A stretch of DNA of 64,000 nucleotides from Pedosphaera sp. (GCA_031414955.1 JANOQV010000149.1:1-64000), one strand, 5' to 3'; positions 49,880 through 60,299 are shown, counted from the first letter of the stretch. Translations and numbers: made by a program. Notes: generated by a model not told the origin, from the letters alone.

Positions 49880-51103
49880 ATGAGCCGTTTCAATCAATCC
49901 TTGCAGGCCGAACTGGACGCCATTCGGGCCGCCGGTTTGTTCCGCGAAGTGCGCCGGGTGGATTCGGCCCAGGGCGCGCGCATCATGCTGGCCGGACGAG
50001 AATGTCTGAACTTTTCCTCCAACGACTATCTCGGGCTGGCGGATCACCCCGGGCTTAAGGAAGCCGCCCGGCAGGCCACGGAAAAATTCGGCGCGGGCAG
50101 CGGAGCTTCGCGGCTTATTTGCGGTTCGCTCGCGCCCCATCACGAACTGGAGGAGGCGCTCGCCGCATTCAAGGGCACGGAGGCTGCACTCACTTTTTCC
50201 AGCGGCTATGCGACCGCGCTCGGCACCATCGGGGCGCTGGTCGGCCCGGAGGATGTCGTCATTATCGACAAGCTGGTTCATGCCTCGATCGTCGATGCCG
50301 CGCGCCTCAGCGGGGCCAAGCTGCGCGTTTTCGCGCACAACGATCTGGAGGACCTGGAGGCGATGTTGAAATGGTCGGAAGGGATTCAAGGTCCCAGGTC
50401 CAAGGCCCAGGGTCGTGGTCCGCGCACGCTGGTAATCACGGAATCGGTGTTCTCGATGGATGGCGACCTGGCTCCATTGCGCGACCTGGTGGAGTTGAAG
50501 GACCGTTACGGTGCCTGGCTGATGGTGGACGAGGCGCACGCCACCGGATTGTTCGGCCTCCGGCGCTGCGGCTTGGCCGAGGCCCACGAAGTCGCGGATC
50601 GAGTGGAGGTGCAGATGGGCACGCTGGGCAAGGCCCTCGGGGCCGCCGGCGGCTACATCTGCGGCCGCCGCGCGCTTATCGATCTGCTCGTGAATCGTGC
50701 GCGCAGTTTCATTTTCTCAACCGCGCCCGTCCCGGCGGCGGCGGCGGCGGCGCGGGCCGGGATTGAACTCGTGCAATCCGCCGAGGGCGAGGCACGCCGG
50801 GTGCGCGTCTGGTCGCTGGTCGATCAGTTGAAAAATGTCCTCACGGGCGGGCCATGGCCATTGGGCGTGGTCCAAAGTCCGATCCTGCCGCTGGTGGCCG
50901 GCCCGGAGGCGGAGGCGGTGAACTTCGCGGCCGCGTTGCGTGAACGAGGCCTGTTCATCCCTGCGATTCGTTTTCCCACCGTGGCGCGGGGGGCCGCCCG
51001 CCTGCGCATCACTCTCACCGCCGCGCATTCCCCCGCCGATGTGCGCGCCCTAAAGACAGCGCTGGATGAAATCCAACAGGCTGGGACTGGAAGCAAGGGC
51101 TGA
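49880..51103 (+). CDS. bioF: 8-amino-7-oxononanoate synthase
   Basis: FSSNDYLGL, GSGASRLI.G, HASIVD, ESVFSMDGD, DEAHA, GTLGKALG, FIFSTA. Confidence 0.88.
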   Translation: MSRFNQSLQAELDAIRAAGLFREVRRVDSAQGARIMLAGRECLNFSSNDYLGLADHPGLKEAARQATEKFGAGSGASRLICGSLAPHHELEEALAAFKGTEAALTFSSGYATALGTIGALVGPEDVVIIDKLVHASIVDAARLSGAKLRVFAHNDLEDLEAMLKWSEGIQGPRSKAQGRGPRTLVITESVFSMDGDLAPLRDLVELKDRYGAWLMVDEAHATGLFGLRRCGLAEAHEVADRVEVQMGTLGKALGAAGGYICGRRALIDLLVNRARSFIFSTAPVPAAAAAARAGIELVQSAEGEARRVRVWSLVDQLKNVLTGGPWPLGVVQSPILPLVAGPEAEAVNFAAALRERGLFIPAIRFPTVARGAARLRITLTAAHSPADVRALKTALDEIQQAGTGSKG

Positions 51104-51302
51104 CGCCAAACTCCACCGCGGACTTGGGCGACCGGGCGAGAGGAGAGAGAGCCGGCGGCCATGCTGCTGTTCCGCGCGTCACCGACCCAGGCCGGTTCCC
51201 GTGCATCGCCCAAGAAATGTCCAGCCCTTGGCAAGGCGCGGGGAGTGGCAGCTTCCTCGTCCTGCGACCTTGTCTGCGAGAAAGCTGGCAGGAGATTCCA
51301 AA

Positions 51303-51869
51303 ATGAAAACAAAAACACCAGGCCGCAGCCGGAGCGCCAAATCAATTTCCGGGGTCAGCGCGCCCCCCGGCTCTTCCGTTGCGGTGAAGCCATTCGTCAA
51401 AGTCGTTCCGGTTCAAATTCGGTCCATCCTTGTGCCGGTGGATTTTTCGTCCCCTTCCAGCCAGGCGCTGGGCTATGCGGCAGGGCTGGCCCGGAGTTTC
51501 GGGGCGAAATTGACGCTCCTGAACGTCGTCGAACCGATTGGGGCCATGCCGGATTTCGCGGCGAACCCGCTGGTTCGTGACCTGCGGGAGGTCAGTGCCC
51601 AGGCCAAGGAGGCTCTGAAACGGCTCGTGGCGCGCGCGCAACTCGAGCCGGCGTGGATTGAGACCCTGCTCGTCCGTCACGGCACGCCCTTCCATGAGAT
51701 CAGCGAGGCGGCGGCGTTGTTGAAGTCGGATCTCATCGTCCTCGCCACGCACGGGTACACGGGCCTGAAGCACGTTCTGCTCGGGAGCACGGCGGAACGA
51801 GTGGTGCGTCACGCACCGTGTCCGGTGCTGGTGGTGCGCGGCGCAGAGGAGGCCGCGGCCAGCCGGTGA
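51303..51869 (+). CDS. Universal stress protein (UspA family)
   Basis: ILVPVDFS, DLIVLATHG.TG..H.LLGSTAERVVR.APCPVLVV. Confidence 0.92.
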   Translation: MKTKTPGRSRSAKSISGVSAPPGSSVAVKPFVKVVPVQIRSILVPVDFSSPSSQALGYAAGLARSFGAKLTLLNVVEPIGAMPDFAANPLVRDLREVSAQAKEALKRLVARAQLEPAWIETLLVRHGTPFHEISEAAALLKSDLIVLATHGYTGLKHVLLGSTAERVVRHAPCPVLVVRGAEEAAASR

Positions 51870-51870
51870 C

Positions 51871-52752
51871 ATGACGACGGCACCTTTTATCCCGGTCATG
51901 TCGCAAGAAAATTGCACGGCAGGGACTGCGTTCGGATGTCCGCGCGATTTCCTCGACAATCAGTTCGTCTACACCGTCGTGTCGCCGCGGGCGCGCGGCC
52001 TTTCCATCGGGGTGAACATGAACCCGGATCAGCAATGCAACTTCGATTGCGCTTACTGCGAAGTAGATCGGCGCGCCCCAGGGCGGGGTCAGCTTGATGT
52101 GGAGGTGATGGAGGCTGAACTGAGAAAAACCCTGGCCTTGGTTCAATCCGGTGAACTGGCCCGCCGCCCGGCCTACGAACGCCTGCCCGAGGATCTCCGG
52201 CAATTGCGCCATGTGGCGCTCAGCGGGGATGGCGAGCCAACGCTCTGCCCGCAGTTTCTCGAGGCAGTCCAGGCGGTGACGCATGTGCGCGCCATGGGGC
52301 GGCCCTTTTTCAAGCTGGTGCTCATCACCAATGCCTCGAACCTCGGCGCGGAGGCGGTGCAGCGCGGGCTTCGGCTCTTCACCCAGCGAGATGAAGTCTG
52401 GGCCAAGCTGGAGGCGGGCACCCAGGATTACATGCAGCGGGTGAACGCGCCCGAAGTCAGCCTCGAGCACATCCTGGCAAACATTCAGGCGCTGGCCCGG
52501 CGGCGGCCGGTGGTGATCCAAAGCCTGTTTCCGCTCCTGGAGGGCACCCCTCCCTCTCCGGAGGAGATCGAGGCGTTTGCGCAACGGCTCCGCACCTTGA
52601 AAGACAACCAGGCCATGATTTCGTTGGTGCAGATTTATTCCGCCACCCGGCCGATGCCGCGCCCGAATTGCGGCCATCTACCCTTGGCGGCGCTTTCGCA
52701 GATCGCGCGCACGGTGCGGCGAGTGGCCGGTTTGCCGGCGGAGGTTTTTTGA
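51871..52752 (+). CDS. Radical SAM protein of unknown function
   Basis: V.S.RARGLSIGVN, CNFDCAYC, SGDGEPT, LITNA. Confidence 0.9.
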   Translation: MTTAPFIPVMSQENCTAGTAFGCPRDFLDNQFVYTVVSPRARGLSIGVNMNPDQQCNFDCAYCEVDRRAPGRGQLDVEVMEAELRKTLALVQSGELARRPAYERLPEDLRQLRHVALSGDGEPTLCPQFLEAVQAVTHVRAMGRPFFKLVLITNASNLGAEAVQRGLRLFTQRDEVWAKLEAGTQDYMQRVNAPEVSLEHILANIQALARRRPVVIQSLFPLLEGTPPSPEEIEAFAQRLRTLKDNQAMISLVQIYSATRPMPRPNCGHLPLAALSQIARTVRRVAGLPAEVF

Positions 52753-52902
52753 GCTCTGAGCCGGTCAGGCGGGGTGGCGCACCGAAGCCGCGGCGGCTTG
52801 GGACGGCACCCGTGGTTTCGTTTTGCCTGAGCGGAGACCCGGGGCCCTTGTCCCGGCCACGGGCCGCCACTCCGAAGCCCACCCGCATCCGTGGTCTGTC
52901 GC

Positions 52903-52931
52903 TTGCAATGTCCATACCCTGCGGCTAGCGT
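52903..52931 (+). promoter_or_regulatory. Putative sigma70 promoter of dapL
   Basis: TTGCAA-N17-TAGCGT, 15 nt before ATG. Confidence 0.5.
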
Positions 52932-52946
52932 CCGCGCGATTTTGAC

Positions 52947-54185
52947 ATGGCGTACCTGAACGAAAACTTTCTGAAGCTGAAGGCGGGCTACCTCTTCCCG
53001 GAGATTGCCCGGCGCGTAAAAGTCTTTTGCGAAGCCAATCCGTCCGTCGCCCAGCGCGTGATCCGCTGTGGCATCGGCGACGTCACGGAACCGCTGCCGG
53101 CGGCCGTCATCAGCGCCTTGCACACGGCGGTGGACGAGATGGCCCAGCGCGCCACCTTCCGAGGCTACGGTCCCGAACAGGGCTACGACTTTTTGCGCGC
53201 GGCCATTGCCCAGCATGATTTCCGCGCCCAGGGGCTGGAAATTTCGGACGACGAGATCTTCGTCAGCGACGGATCGAAGTGTGATTGCGGCAACATCCTC
53301 GACATCCTCGGCCACCAGAACCAGCTCGGCATTTCCGACCCCGTCTATCCGGTCTATGTGGACACGAATGTGATGGCGGGCCACACCGGCGACGCGGATG
53401 AATCCGGGGCCTACGCCGGCATCACTTATCTGCCTTGCACGCCGCAGAACGGATTCATCCCCGAGCCGCCCAAACACAAGGTCGATGTCGTTTACCTGTG
53501 CTCGCCCAACAATCCGACCGGAGCGGTGGCCACGCGCGCGCAGCTCGAAGCCTGGGTGCAATATGCGCTCCAGCATCGCGCCATCATACTCTTCGACGCG
53601 GCCTACGCGGCTTACATCTCGGATCCGGCTTTGCCCCGCTCCATTTACGAGATCCCCGGCGCTCGCGAATGCGCCATCGAATTCCGCAGTTTCTCCAAGA
53701 ACGGCGGCTTCACCGGCGTGCGCTGCGCCTTCACCGTGGTGCCGAAATCGCTGCAGGCGCAGACGAGCACGGGCGAGTTCAAGCCGCTCCATCCGCTCTG
53801 GAGTCGCCGCACGAGCACGAAGTTCAACGGCGTGAGCTACCTCGTCCAGCGCGCGGCCGAGGCGCTCTACACGCCCGCCGGCCAGGCGCAGGTGCAGGCT
53901 CTCATCGAGCACTACATGGGCAACGCCCGCGTGCTCGTGGCCGGGGCGAAGGCCGCCGGACTCACGGTGTATGGCGGCGTGAACGCGCCTTACATCTGGG
54001 CGGAGACGCCCGCCGGGGTCACGAGCTGGCAGGCTTTCGACAAGATTCTGGGCGAGGCGAATGTCGTCATCACACCCGGCAGCGGCTTCGGCTCGAAGGG
54101 GGAAGGTTATTTCCGCATCTCCAGCTTCAACAGCCGGGCCAACGCCGAGGAAGTCGCCCGCCGCCTGCCGCAATTGAAGTGGTGA
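52947..54185 (+). CDS. dapL: LL-diaminopimelate aminotransferase
   Basis: [63 protein letters not shown]. Confidence 0.96.
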   Translation: MAYLNENFLKLKAGYLFPEIARRVKVFCEANPSVAQRVIRCGIGDVTEPLPAAVISALHTAVDEMAQRATFRGYGPEQGYDFLRAAIAQHDFRAQGLEISDDEIFVSDGSKCDCGNILDILGHQNQLGISDPVYPVYVDTNVMAGHTGDADESGAYAGITYLPCTPQNGFIPEPPKHKVDVVYLCSPNNPTGAVATRAQLEAWVQYALQHRAIILFDAAYAAYISDPALPRSIYEIPGARECAIEFRSFSKNGGFTGVRCAFTVVPKSLQAQTSTGEFKPLHPLWSRRTSTKFNGVSYLVQRAAEALYTPAGQAQVQALIEHYMGNARVLVAGAKAAGLTVYGGVNAPYIWAETPAGVTSWQAFDKILGEANVVITPGSGFGSKGEGYFRISSFNSRANAEEVARRLPQLKW

Positions 54186-54340
54186 GGTTCGGCTGGTTGG
54201 CCGCAGGCAGGATTAAGCTGTGCAGAGACGGGGCCAGTCGAACCCGATCGGCCCGACCCTTGAGTTGAGCCAGGGTGTGACAAATGCGTGATGGCTCCGA
54301 ATTGATTGGTGTACAAACCGCCCAAACCCCAGTGTGCAAT

Positions 54341-55312
54341 ATGTCTGTTCGTACCGGTAAGGAACTGTTGCTGGCCACCAAGCCGTATGCCGTGGATTCA
54401 GCGGCGCGGAGCTGGTGGCACATTTTGTCCACGGCGGCGCTGCTGGTGGCGGCCTTCACGGGGGCCTGCCTCAATTTTCACTGGGTCGCCCAGCTCGCGT
54501 GCGGCTTCGCCGCCGGTCTGCTGATGCTGCGCATGTTCGTCATCTATCACGACCAGCAGCACCATGCGATCCTGCCGCGATCACGCGCGGCGGAGACCCT
54601 GATGCGCCTCTTCGGCATTCTGGTGCTCAGCCCGAGCAGCATCTGGCGCAGTTCGCACAACCACCATCACAACCACAATTCCAAGCTGCGTGGGGCGCAC
54701 ATCGGCTCTTTCCCCATCATGACCCTGGAACAATTTGGCAAAATATCGGGTGGCCGGAGGTTCAAGTACCTGTTCATGCGCCACCCGCTCACCATCCTGT
54801 TCGGCTATGTGTTCATCTTCCTGTTTGGCATGTGCGTTTATCCGTTCTTCAACAGCCCGTCGAAGCATTACGATTCGCTGATCGCCTTCCTCGTCCATCT
54901 CGTGCTCGCCGTCTGCGTGACGATCTTCCTGGGCTGGCCGACGCTGGTCTGCGCGATGCTGGTGCCTTATTTCGTCGCCTCGGCGCTGGGTTCCTATCTG
55001 TTTTACGCGCAACATAATTTTCCGACCGTCACCTTCAGCGACAACGCGGGTTGGACTTACGAGACGGCCGCGTTGAAGTCCTCCAGCTTCATGAAGACCA
55101 ACCGGCTCATGGCCTGGGTCACGGCCAACATCGGGTATCATCATGTGCATCATCTGAACGCGCGCATCCCGTTCTACCGGTTGCCCGAAGTGATGAAGGC
55201 CCTGCCGGAATTGCAAGGCGCGAAGACGACTTCGCTGCACCCCGTGGAAGTCTGGCGTTGTCTGCGGCTCAAGGTCTGGGACGTGGCCGCGCAACGCATG
55301 GTGGGATTGTAG
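54341..55312 (+). CDS. Membrane fatty acid desaturase
   Basis: Three His boxes (HDQQH, HNHHH, HHVHH) and TM segments. Confidence 0.92.
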   Translation: MSVRTGKELLLATKPYAVDSAARSWWHILSTAALLVAAFTGACLNFHWVAQLACGFAAGLLMLRMFVIYHDQQHHAILPRSRAAETLMRLFGILVLSPSSIWRSSHNHHHNHNSKLRGAHIGSFPIMTLEQFGKISGGRRFKYLFMRHPLTILFGYVFIFLFGMCVYPFFNSPSKHYDSLIAFLVHLVLAVCVTIFLGWPTLVCAMLVPYFVASALGSYLFYAQHNFPTVTFSDNAGWTYETAALKSSSFMKTNRLMAWVTANIGYHHVHHLNARIPFYRLPEVMKALPELQGAKTTSLHPVEVWRCLRLKVWDVAAQRMVGL

Positions 55313-55378
55313 CGGCGCGGAGCGCGGGCCGGAGGTTCGCGTTTCAATGAGTTGGGCGCCACGCCCTTTCCCAGCCTC

Positions 55379-56098
55379 TCAATCCAGATAATTCGCCGCG
55401 TTGTCCTCCGGAGCGTAGCCCAGAACCGCCCGCGCGTGATCGATGTCCCAGCAGCGCTCGGTGTTATCCGACAACCCAAAGAAAATGCCGAACTTCACCT
55501 GGCTGCGGATTGATTTCACCACCAGCTGGGTGAGGTCGCGCGGACTGCACCATTCACGCTGCACGTCGTGGCCGGGGAGGCGGAGGAGCGGATCATCATA
55601 GCCGCGAAAGAAGCAAAGGCGGATCACAATGGCCGACATCCCGTGCCGATCCGAGAAGTGGCGGGCCAGCGCCTCACCGAAAAGCTTGGTACAGGCATAG
55701 ACCGTGGAGGGGCGCGGAAGCATGTCGGCGGTCACGCGCGCGCCCTTGGGATTGTTCAGCACGGTCTGGCCCGTGCTGGGAAAGATGAACTTCATCACGC
55801 CTGCTGATCGTGCCGCCTCGAAGGCGTTGTAGGTGCCGGCGAGATTCACCGGCAGGAGTTGCGTGTGAAAATCCGCCTCGTCGGAGATGGCCGCAAGGTG
55901 AAGCACGGCCTCGACACCGGCGCAGGCGCGCTGGAGCGCCGCGAAATCCTGAACGTCGCCCACGATGGTTTCGTCATCGCCCACGACGGTCATCGGTTTG
56001 GTATCGAAGAGCCGCAAGGCGAACTGTTCGCGCAACAGCGGCAGTATCTCCTGGCCGACCCGACCGCAGGGGCCGGTGATTAAAATCCTTTCACGCAC
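55379..56098 (-). CDS. NAD-dependent epimerase/dehydrogenase (uronate dehydrogenase-like)
   Basis: ITG..GRVG, HLAA, N..GTYN.FEAAR, YACTK.FGE, W.SPRD. Confidence 0.82.
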   Translation of the reverse strand: MRERILITGPCGRVGQEILPLLREQFALRLFDTKPMTVVGDDETIVGDVQDFAALQRACAGVEAVLHLAAISDEADFHTQLLPVNLAGTYNAFEAARSAGVMKFIFPSTGQTVLNNPKGARVTADMLPRPSTVYACTKLFGEALARHFSDRHGMSAIVIRLCFFRGYDDPLLRLPGHDVQREWCSPRDLTQLVVKSIRSQVKFGIFFGLSDNTERCWDIDHARAVLGYAPEDNAANYLD

Positions 56099-56144
56099 GG
56101 GCCGATTGCAATTTCAGGCCGCGAAATGTTCAATCGCCAAATCC

Positions 56145-58241
56145 ATGAAGCTGCTGATTTTATTTTTCACGACCTTGGTATTGTCCCTGCGTCTGAACGC
56201 CGCCGTCATCGAGACGGACATCTGTGTCTTCGGCGGTTCTTCAGCGGGCATCATTGCGGCCATCCAGGCCAAGAAGCTCGGCCAGAGCGTCGTGCTCGTG
56301 GAACCGGGGAAATTCCTGGGCGGGCTGACCTCGGGCGGCCTGGGGGCCACGGACATCGGCAACAAGGCGGCCATTGGCGGATTATCGCGCGAGTTTTATC
56401 ACCGCATCGCCCGGCACTATGCCAGGGACAATTCCTGGAAGATCGAGCAGCGGGTTGATTACTTCAGCAGGCGGGGCAGCGGACAATCGGCGGCCTCGAA
56501 CCTGGACGCGGCGGATGCGACCATGTGGACCTTCGAGCCGAAAGTGGCCCGCGCGGTTTATGACCAATGGTTGCAGGAGGCGGATGTGCGCGTGCTGCGC
56601 GAGCAGCGATTGAAAGCGGTGCTGATGACGGGCCTGCGCATCGCGGAAATCACGGCTGAAAATGGCAATGTCTTCCGCGCCAAGATGTTCATCGACTGCA
56701 CCTACGAAGGCGACCTCATGGCGAAGGCGGGCGTATCCTATCACGTTGGGCGCGAGGCGAACGCGACGTATGGCGAGACGTTGAACGGGATTTGCGCGCA
56801 CACGCCGAAGCATCAATTCACCGCGGTGGTTGATCCCTACGTAAAGCCGGGCGACGCCAGCAGCGGGTTGCTTCCGTTCCTCCAAACCGGCGATGGCGGC
56901 AAACCCGGCGACGGCGACCAGCGCGTCCAGACTTACAATTACCGCCTCTGCTTCACCACCAACGCCGCGAATCGCGGCGCGGTGGTGCCGCCGCCAAATT
57001 ACGACGCGGCCAAGTTCGAACTGCTCGCCCGCTACCTCGAAGCGCTCGTCGCCGCTGGGAAGAAACCAAGGCTGGCGGAATTCTGGAACCCCATCTGGAT
57101 GCCGAACCAGAAGACGGACATCAACAACAACGGCGGCTTCTCCACCGACTTCATCGGGGCCAACTGGGATTATCCCGAAGCCGACTACACCAGGCGCGAA
57201 CTCATCGCGAAGGAACACGAGCACTACACGCGCGGCTTTCTCACCTTCCTGGCCACCAGTCCCCGCGTGCCCGAGAATTTGCGCCGCGAAATGCAAAGCT
57301 GGGGTCCGTGCCGGGATGAGTTCCCGGAGACCGGCGGCTGGCCCAACCAGCTCTACGTGCGAGAGGCCCGCCGCCTGATTTCCGACTACGTGATGACTGA
57401 GAAGAATTGCCGCGGCCAGGAAGTAATCCACGACTCGGTGGGGCTGGCCGCCTACAACATGGATTCGCACAACTGCCAGCGCATCGTGAAAAACGGCCGC
57501 GCCGAGAACGAAGGCGACGTGCAAGTGCCGCCCATGAAGCCCTACCCGATTTCCTACCGCTCGCTTGTCCCCAAGCTGGGCCAGTGCGAGAACCTGTTCG
57601 TGCCGGTGTGCATGGCGGCATCACACATTGCCTACGGCTCTATCCGCATGGAGCCGGTCTTCATGATCCTCGCCGAGTCGAGCGCCACGGCGGCCGTGCT
57701 GGCTCTGGAGGAACAAGTCTCTGTGCAAAAAATAAATTACGCCAAGCTCCGCGTCCGCCTGCTCGCGGACAAACAAGTCCTCGACTGGACGAACTCCGCC
57801 CCGCCCCGCGCCGCCCTCACTCCGGTGAAACTGGGCGGTCTGGTGCTCGACGACAGCGCCGCCGAACAGACCGGCGCTTGGGTTGAGTCCAGCGCGGTCG
57901 GTCATCACGTCGGCCCGGGCTATCTCCATGACGGCCACGCGCACAAAGGGCAGATGGCGATCACCTTCACCCCGGAGATCGCCGTGGCGGGCGAGTACGA
58001 ACTGGTTCTCATCTCCACGCCCAACCAGAACCGCGCCAGCAATGTGCCGGTGACCGTGCAGGTGGGCGGCCAATCCCACGCCCGTCGCGTCAACCAACGG
58101 ACCGGCCATGGTCTCGCCTCGCTGGGCCGGTTCAAACTGCCCCGCGGCCGCGAGACCAAAGTGACCATCTCCAATGCCGGCACCGACGGACATGTGGTGG
58201 TGGACGGTTTGCAACTGGTGCCCGCCCAGCCCACGCCGTAG
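56145..58241 (+). CDS. Secreted FAD-dependent oxidoreductase with C-terminal beta-sandwich (xanthan lyase C-terminal-like)
   Basis: Signal peptide, D..V.GG..AG..AA, LGGLTSGGLG, FID.TYEGDL, LYVREARR, SHIAYGSIRMEP. Confidence 0.85.
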   Translation: MKLLILFFTTLVLSLRLNAAVIETDICVFGGSSAGIIAAIQAKKLGQSVVLVEPGKFLGGLTSGGLGATDIGNKAAIGGLSREFYHRIARHYARDNSWKIEQRVDYFSRRGSGQSAASNLDAADATMWTFEPKVARAVYDQWLQEADVRVLREQRLKAVLMTGLRIAEITAENGNVFRAKMFIDCTYEGDLMAKAGVSYHVGREANATYGETLNGICAHTPKHQFTAVVDPYVKPGDASSGLLPFLQTGDGGKPGDGDQRVQTYNYRLCFTTNAANRGAVVPPPNYDAAKFELLARYLEALVAAGKKPRLAEFWNPIWMPNQKTDINNNGGFSTDFIGANWDYPEADYTRRELIAKEHEHYTRGFLTFLATSPRVPENLRREMQSWGPCRDEFPETGGWPNQLYVREARRLISDYVMTEKNCRGQEVIHDSVGLAAYNMDSHNCQRIVKNGRAENEGDVQVPPMKPYPISYRSLVPKLGQCENLFVPVCMAASHIAYGSIRMEPVFMILAESSATAAVLALEEQVSVQKINYAKLRVRLLADKQVLDWTNSAPPRAALTPVKLGGLVLDDSAAEQTGAWVESSAVGHHVGPGYLHDGHAHKGQMAITFTPEIAVAGEYELVLISTPNQNRASNVPVTVQVGGQSHARRVNQRTGHGLASLGRFKLPRGRETKVTISNAGTDGHVVVDGLQLVPAQPTP

Positions 58242-58368
58242 CCGCTCGGGGAGCACCGCCACGCCACGGGCCGCCGGCTTTGCCCGCCAGACGGAGGACC
58301 GCAGACGCCACAGTTCGGAGCCTCGGGAAATGGCGGAGTGAGTACGACCGCGCAGGCGAAGAACGCAC

Positions 58369-58818
58369 TCACCTCCCTCGCTCTAAGGTGGACTCGATCC
58401 GGTTTTGCACCGCGCGGGACAATGGCCAGCCCAGCAGCGAATCAAAGGCCGCGAATTGCCACGCGAGCACGATCAGCCAGAACACGATCTGGTAGCTGCC
58501 CTTGGAACATTTGTGCCGCAGCCGCCGCTGCGCCAGCCACGCCCCCGGCCAGCCGCCCAGTAATTCCAGCAGATGCAAGCGCGCCTCGGACACTCGCCAT
58601 TCGCCCTCCTGGGCCCGCCGTTTGTCCCAGGCATAGGCCCAATAGGTGAGCGCATTCAGAACCAAGGCATAAGCTCCGACCCATCGCCACTCCACGCCGC
58701 GCCGCTGCCAGGCCACGACCGGCAAGACCAGCAGAACGCCCAGCACCAACAGACTCATCGACCGGGCTTCGGCACCGCCCTGGGCGGGGCGGCTAGGTCG
58801 GCGTTTGAGGTTGATCAT
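58369..58818 (-). CDS. DUF1294 family membrane protein
   Basis: YAWDKRRA....WRVSEARLHLL.LLGGWPGA.LAQ..LRHK..K. Confidence 0.88.
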   Translation of the reverse strand: MINLKRRPSRPAQGGAEARSMSLLVLGVLLVLPVVAWQRRGVEWRWVGAYALVLNALTYWAYAWDKRRAQEGEWRVSEARLHLLELLGGWPGAWLAQRRLRHKCSKGSYQIVFWLIVLAWQFAAFDSLLGWPLSRAVQNRIESTLERGR

Positions 58819-59276
58819 CGAGAGTTCGTCGCCGAAGTGGCACGCAGTTCAGGATGGCTGATTTGGCCGCCGCTGTGCGCTGTCCGCGCGTAGAGCAGAG
58901 CGGTGAGCAACCCAAGCGTCACCACGAGAGCCAGAGTCCATCTGCGCAACGGACGTCCCCGCCGCGAGAGGAAAAGTGTCAGGGCTGAAGCCAGCCCGAG
59001 AAGGAACACGGCGGTAGTCACCTGATCGCCAGTCTGCTCGTGGCGGGCCACGAGATCCTTCACCGGCGCGAGTTGGGGCGCGGCCTGTTCAGCCGCGAAG
59101 TCGCCGGTGAACTTGATGGCAATGGCCGCGGCGGCCAGCAGCGTGAGCGACCAGAGCGAGAGCCGCATCACATCGCTGCTCTTGCGCCACCAGCCGATGA
59201 CCAGCAGCAACACGAGCAGGGGAAGGCCGACCACCGGCAGGTGGTTCAGCGCCAGGTGAAGTTGAATCCAATCCAT
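58815..59276 (-). CDS. Four-TM His-containing membrane protein (DUF2231-like)
   Basis: HL.LNHLP, TG..A, HE, AH.GGQI.HPE. Confidence 0.7.
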   Translation of the reverse strand: MDWIQLHLALNHLPVVGLPLLVLLLVIGWWRKSSDVMRLSLWSLTLLAAAAIAIKFTGDFAAEQAAPQLAPVKDLVARHEQTGDQVTTAVFLLGLASALTLFLSRRGRPLRRWTLALVVTLGLLTALLYARTAHSGGQISHPELRATSATNSR

Positions 59277-59297
59277 GTGGTGAGCTTACGCGGTTAT

Positions 59298-60113
59298 CTA
59301 CGGGGCCGGCCAGCCCATCATCTGACGGATGATCCGCAGCGCCTCAGGATCATCCGGGAACATGACGGGCAACTCAGTGGTGCGCGCAGTGGACTCGCCG
59401 GTGCGACGCACCTTCGCCTTCACCGGGCAGCCGCAGACGCTGTAGATGAAGGTGAACTCATGCTCGGCACCGTCAGGCCATAGATCGCGCACGGTGCCGG
59501 GCGTGTTGTTGATGGGCAGGTCGAGCACGGGCTTCAGACCCTTCGAACCATCGAGCAGCCAGGACCGGCCGGCGACATTGGCCATGTAGATGGTGAGTTG
59601 CTTCGGATGGGGCGGAGCATTGGTGGAGGCGACGATCCTGGATTTCCAAAGCACTTCACCCGTGCGGCGGAAGACCAGCGAGCCGAGTCCAGGCTTCTCC
59701 ATGCTGAGGTGCATCTGGATGTGCAGCTTGCCGTCGGCGGTGACTGAACCATCGGCATCGAGCACGGCGAAGGTGCGGCTGGTTCCGGTGTCGGCCTGCG
59801 AGATGCGTTCGATTTCCCGGAGCGCCTCGTGCATGGGCGGCGGCTTGGGACCAAGGTCGAGTTCCACCGTGACCATGAGCGACTGGGCGACCTCGGTCAC
59901 GGGCGGGGAATTGCTGCCGGAGTTCTGGGCGGACGCAATTTGGATCGCGGGCGGGCTGCGCGTCGGCGTGTGGAAGCCACGCCAAAGGCTCACGCTGGCC
60001 GCGAGCGCGACACACACCGCCAGCCCCAGCTTGATTTTCATGGCGCGGGTCAACCCGGGGCGACCCGTCTCGGCCCCAGGTCCACGGCGATGGTTTTGCT
60101 TTTGTTTGCTCAT
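59298..60113 (-). CDS. Hypothetical membrane-anchored protein with CGCP motif
   Basis: Long ORF with N-terminal TM segment; co-oriented with two downstream genes. Confidence 0.6.
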   Translation of the reverse strand: MSKQKQNHRRGPGAETGRPGLTRAMKIKLGLAVCVALAASVSLWRGFHTPTRSPPAIQIASAQNSGSNSPPVTEVAQSLMVTVELDLGPKPPPMHEALREIERISQADTGTSRTFAVLDADGSVTADGKLHIQMHLSMEKPGLGSLVFRRTGEVLWKSRIVASTNAPPHPKQLTIYMANVAGRSWLLDGSKGLKPVLDLPINNTPGTVRDLWPDGAEHEFTFIYSVCGCPVKAKVRRTGESTARTTELPVMFPDDPEALRIIRQMMGWPAP

Positions 60114-60299
60114 GCGCTGCTGAATCAGCCGCAGGTTAGCAGTGGGGAGCGGCCGCCGACAATCTCGCTGTCGCATCTCGCTGTCGCGACTTCCAGCTCG
60201 CCGAGGACATCTTGGCCGCATCGCCGGAACGCTGCGATGACGAGACTGTCATCAGAAGCTTAAAGACGAATCTCCCCGGCTGTGGCAGGGTTTCGCCAC

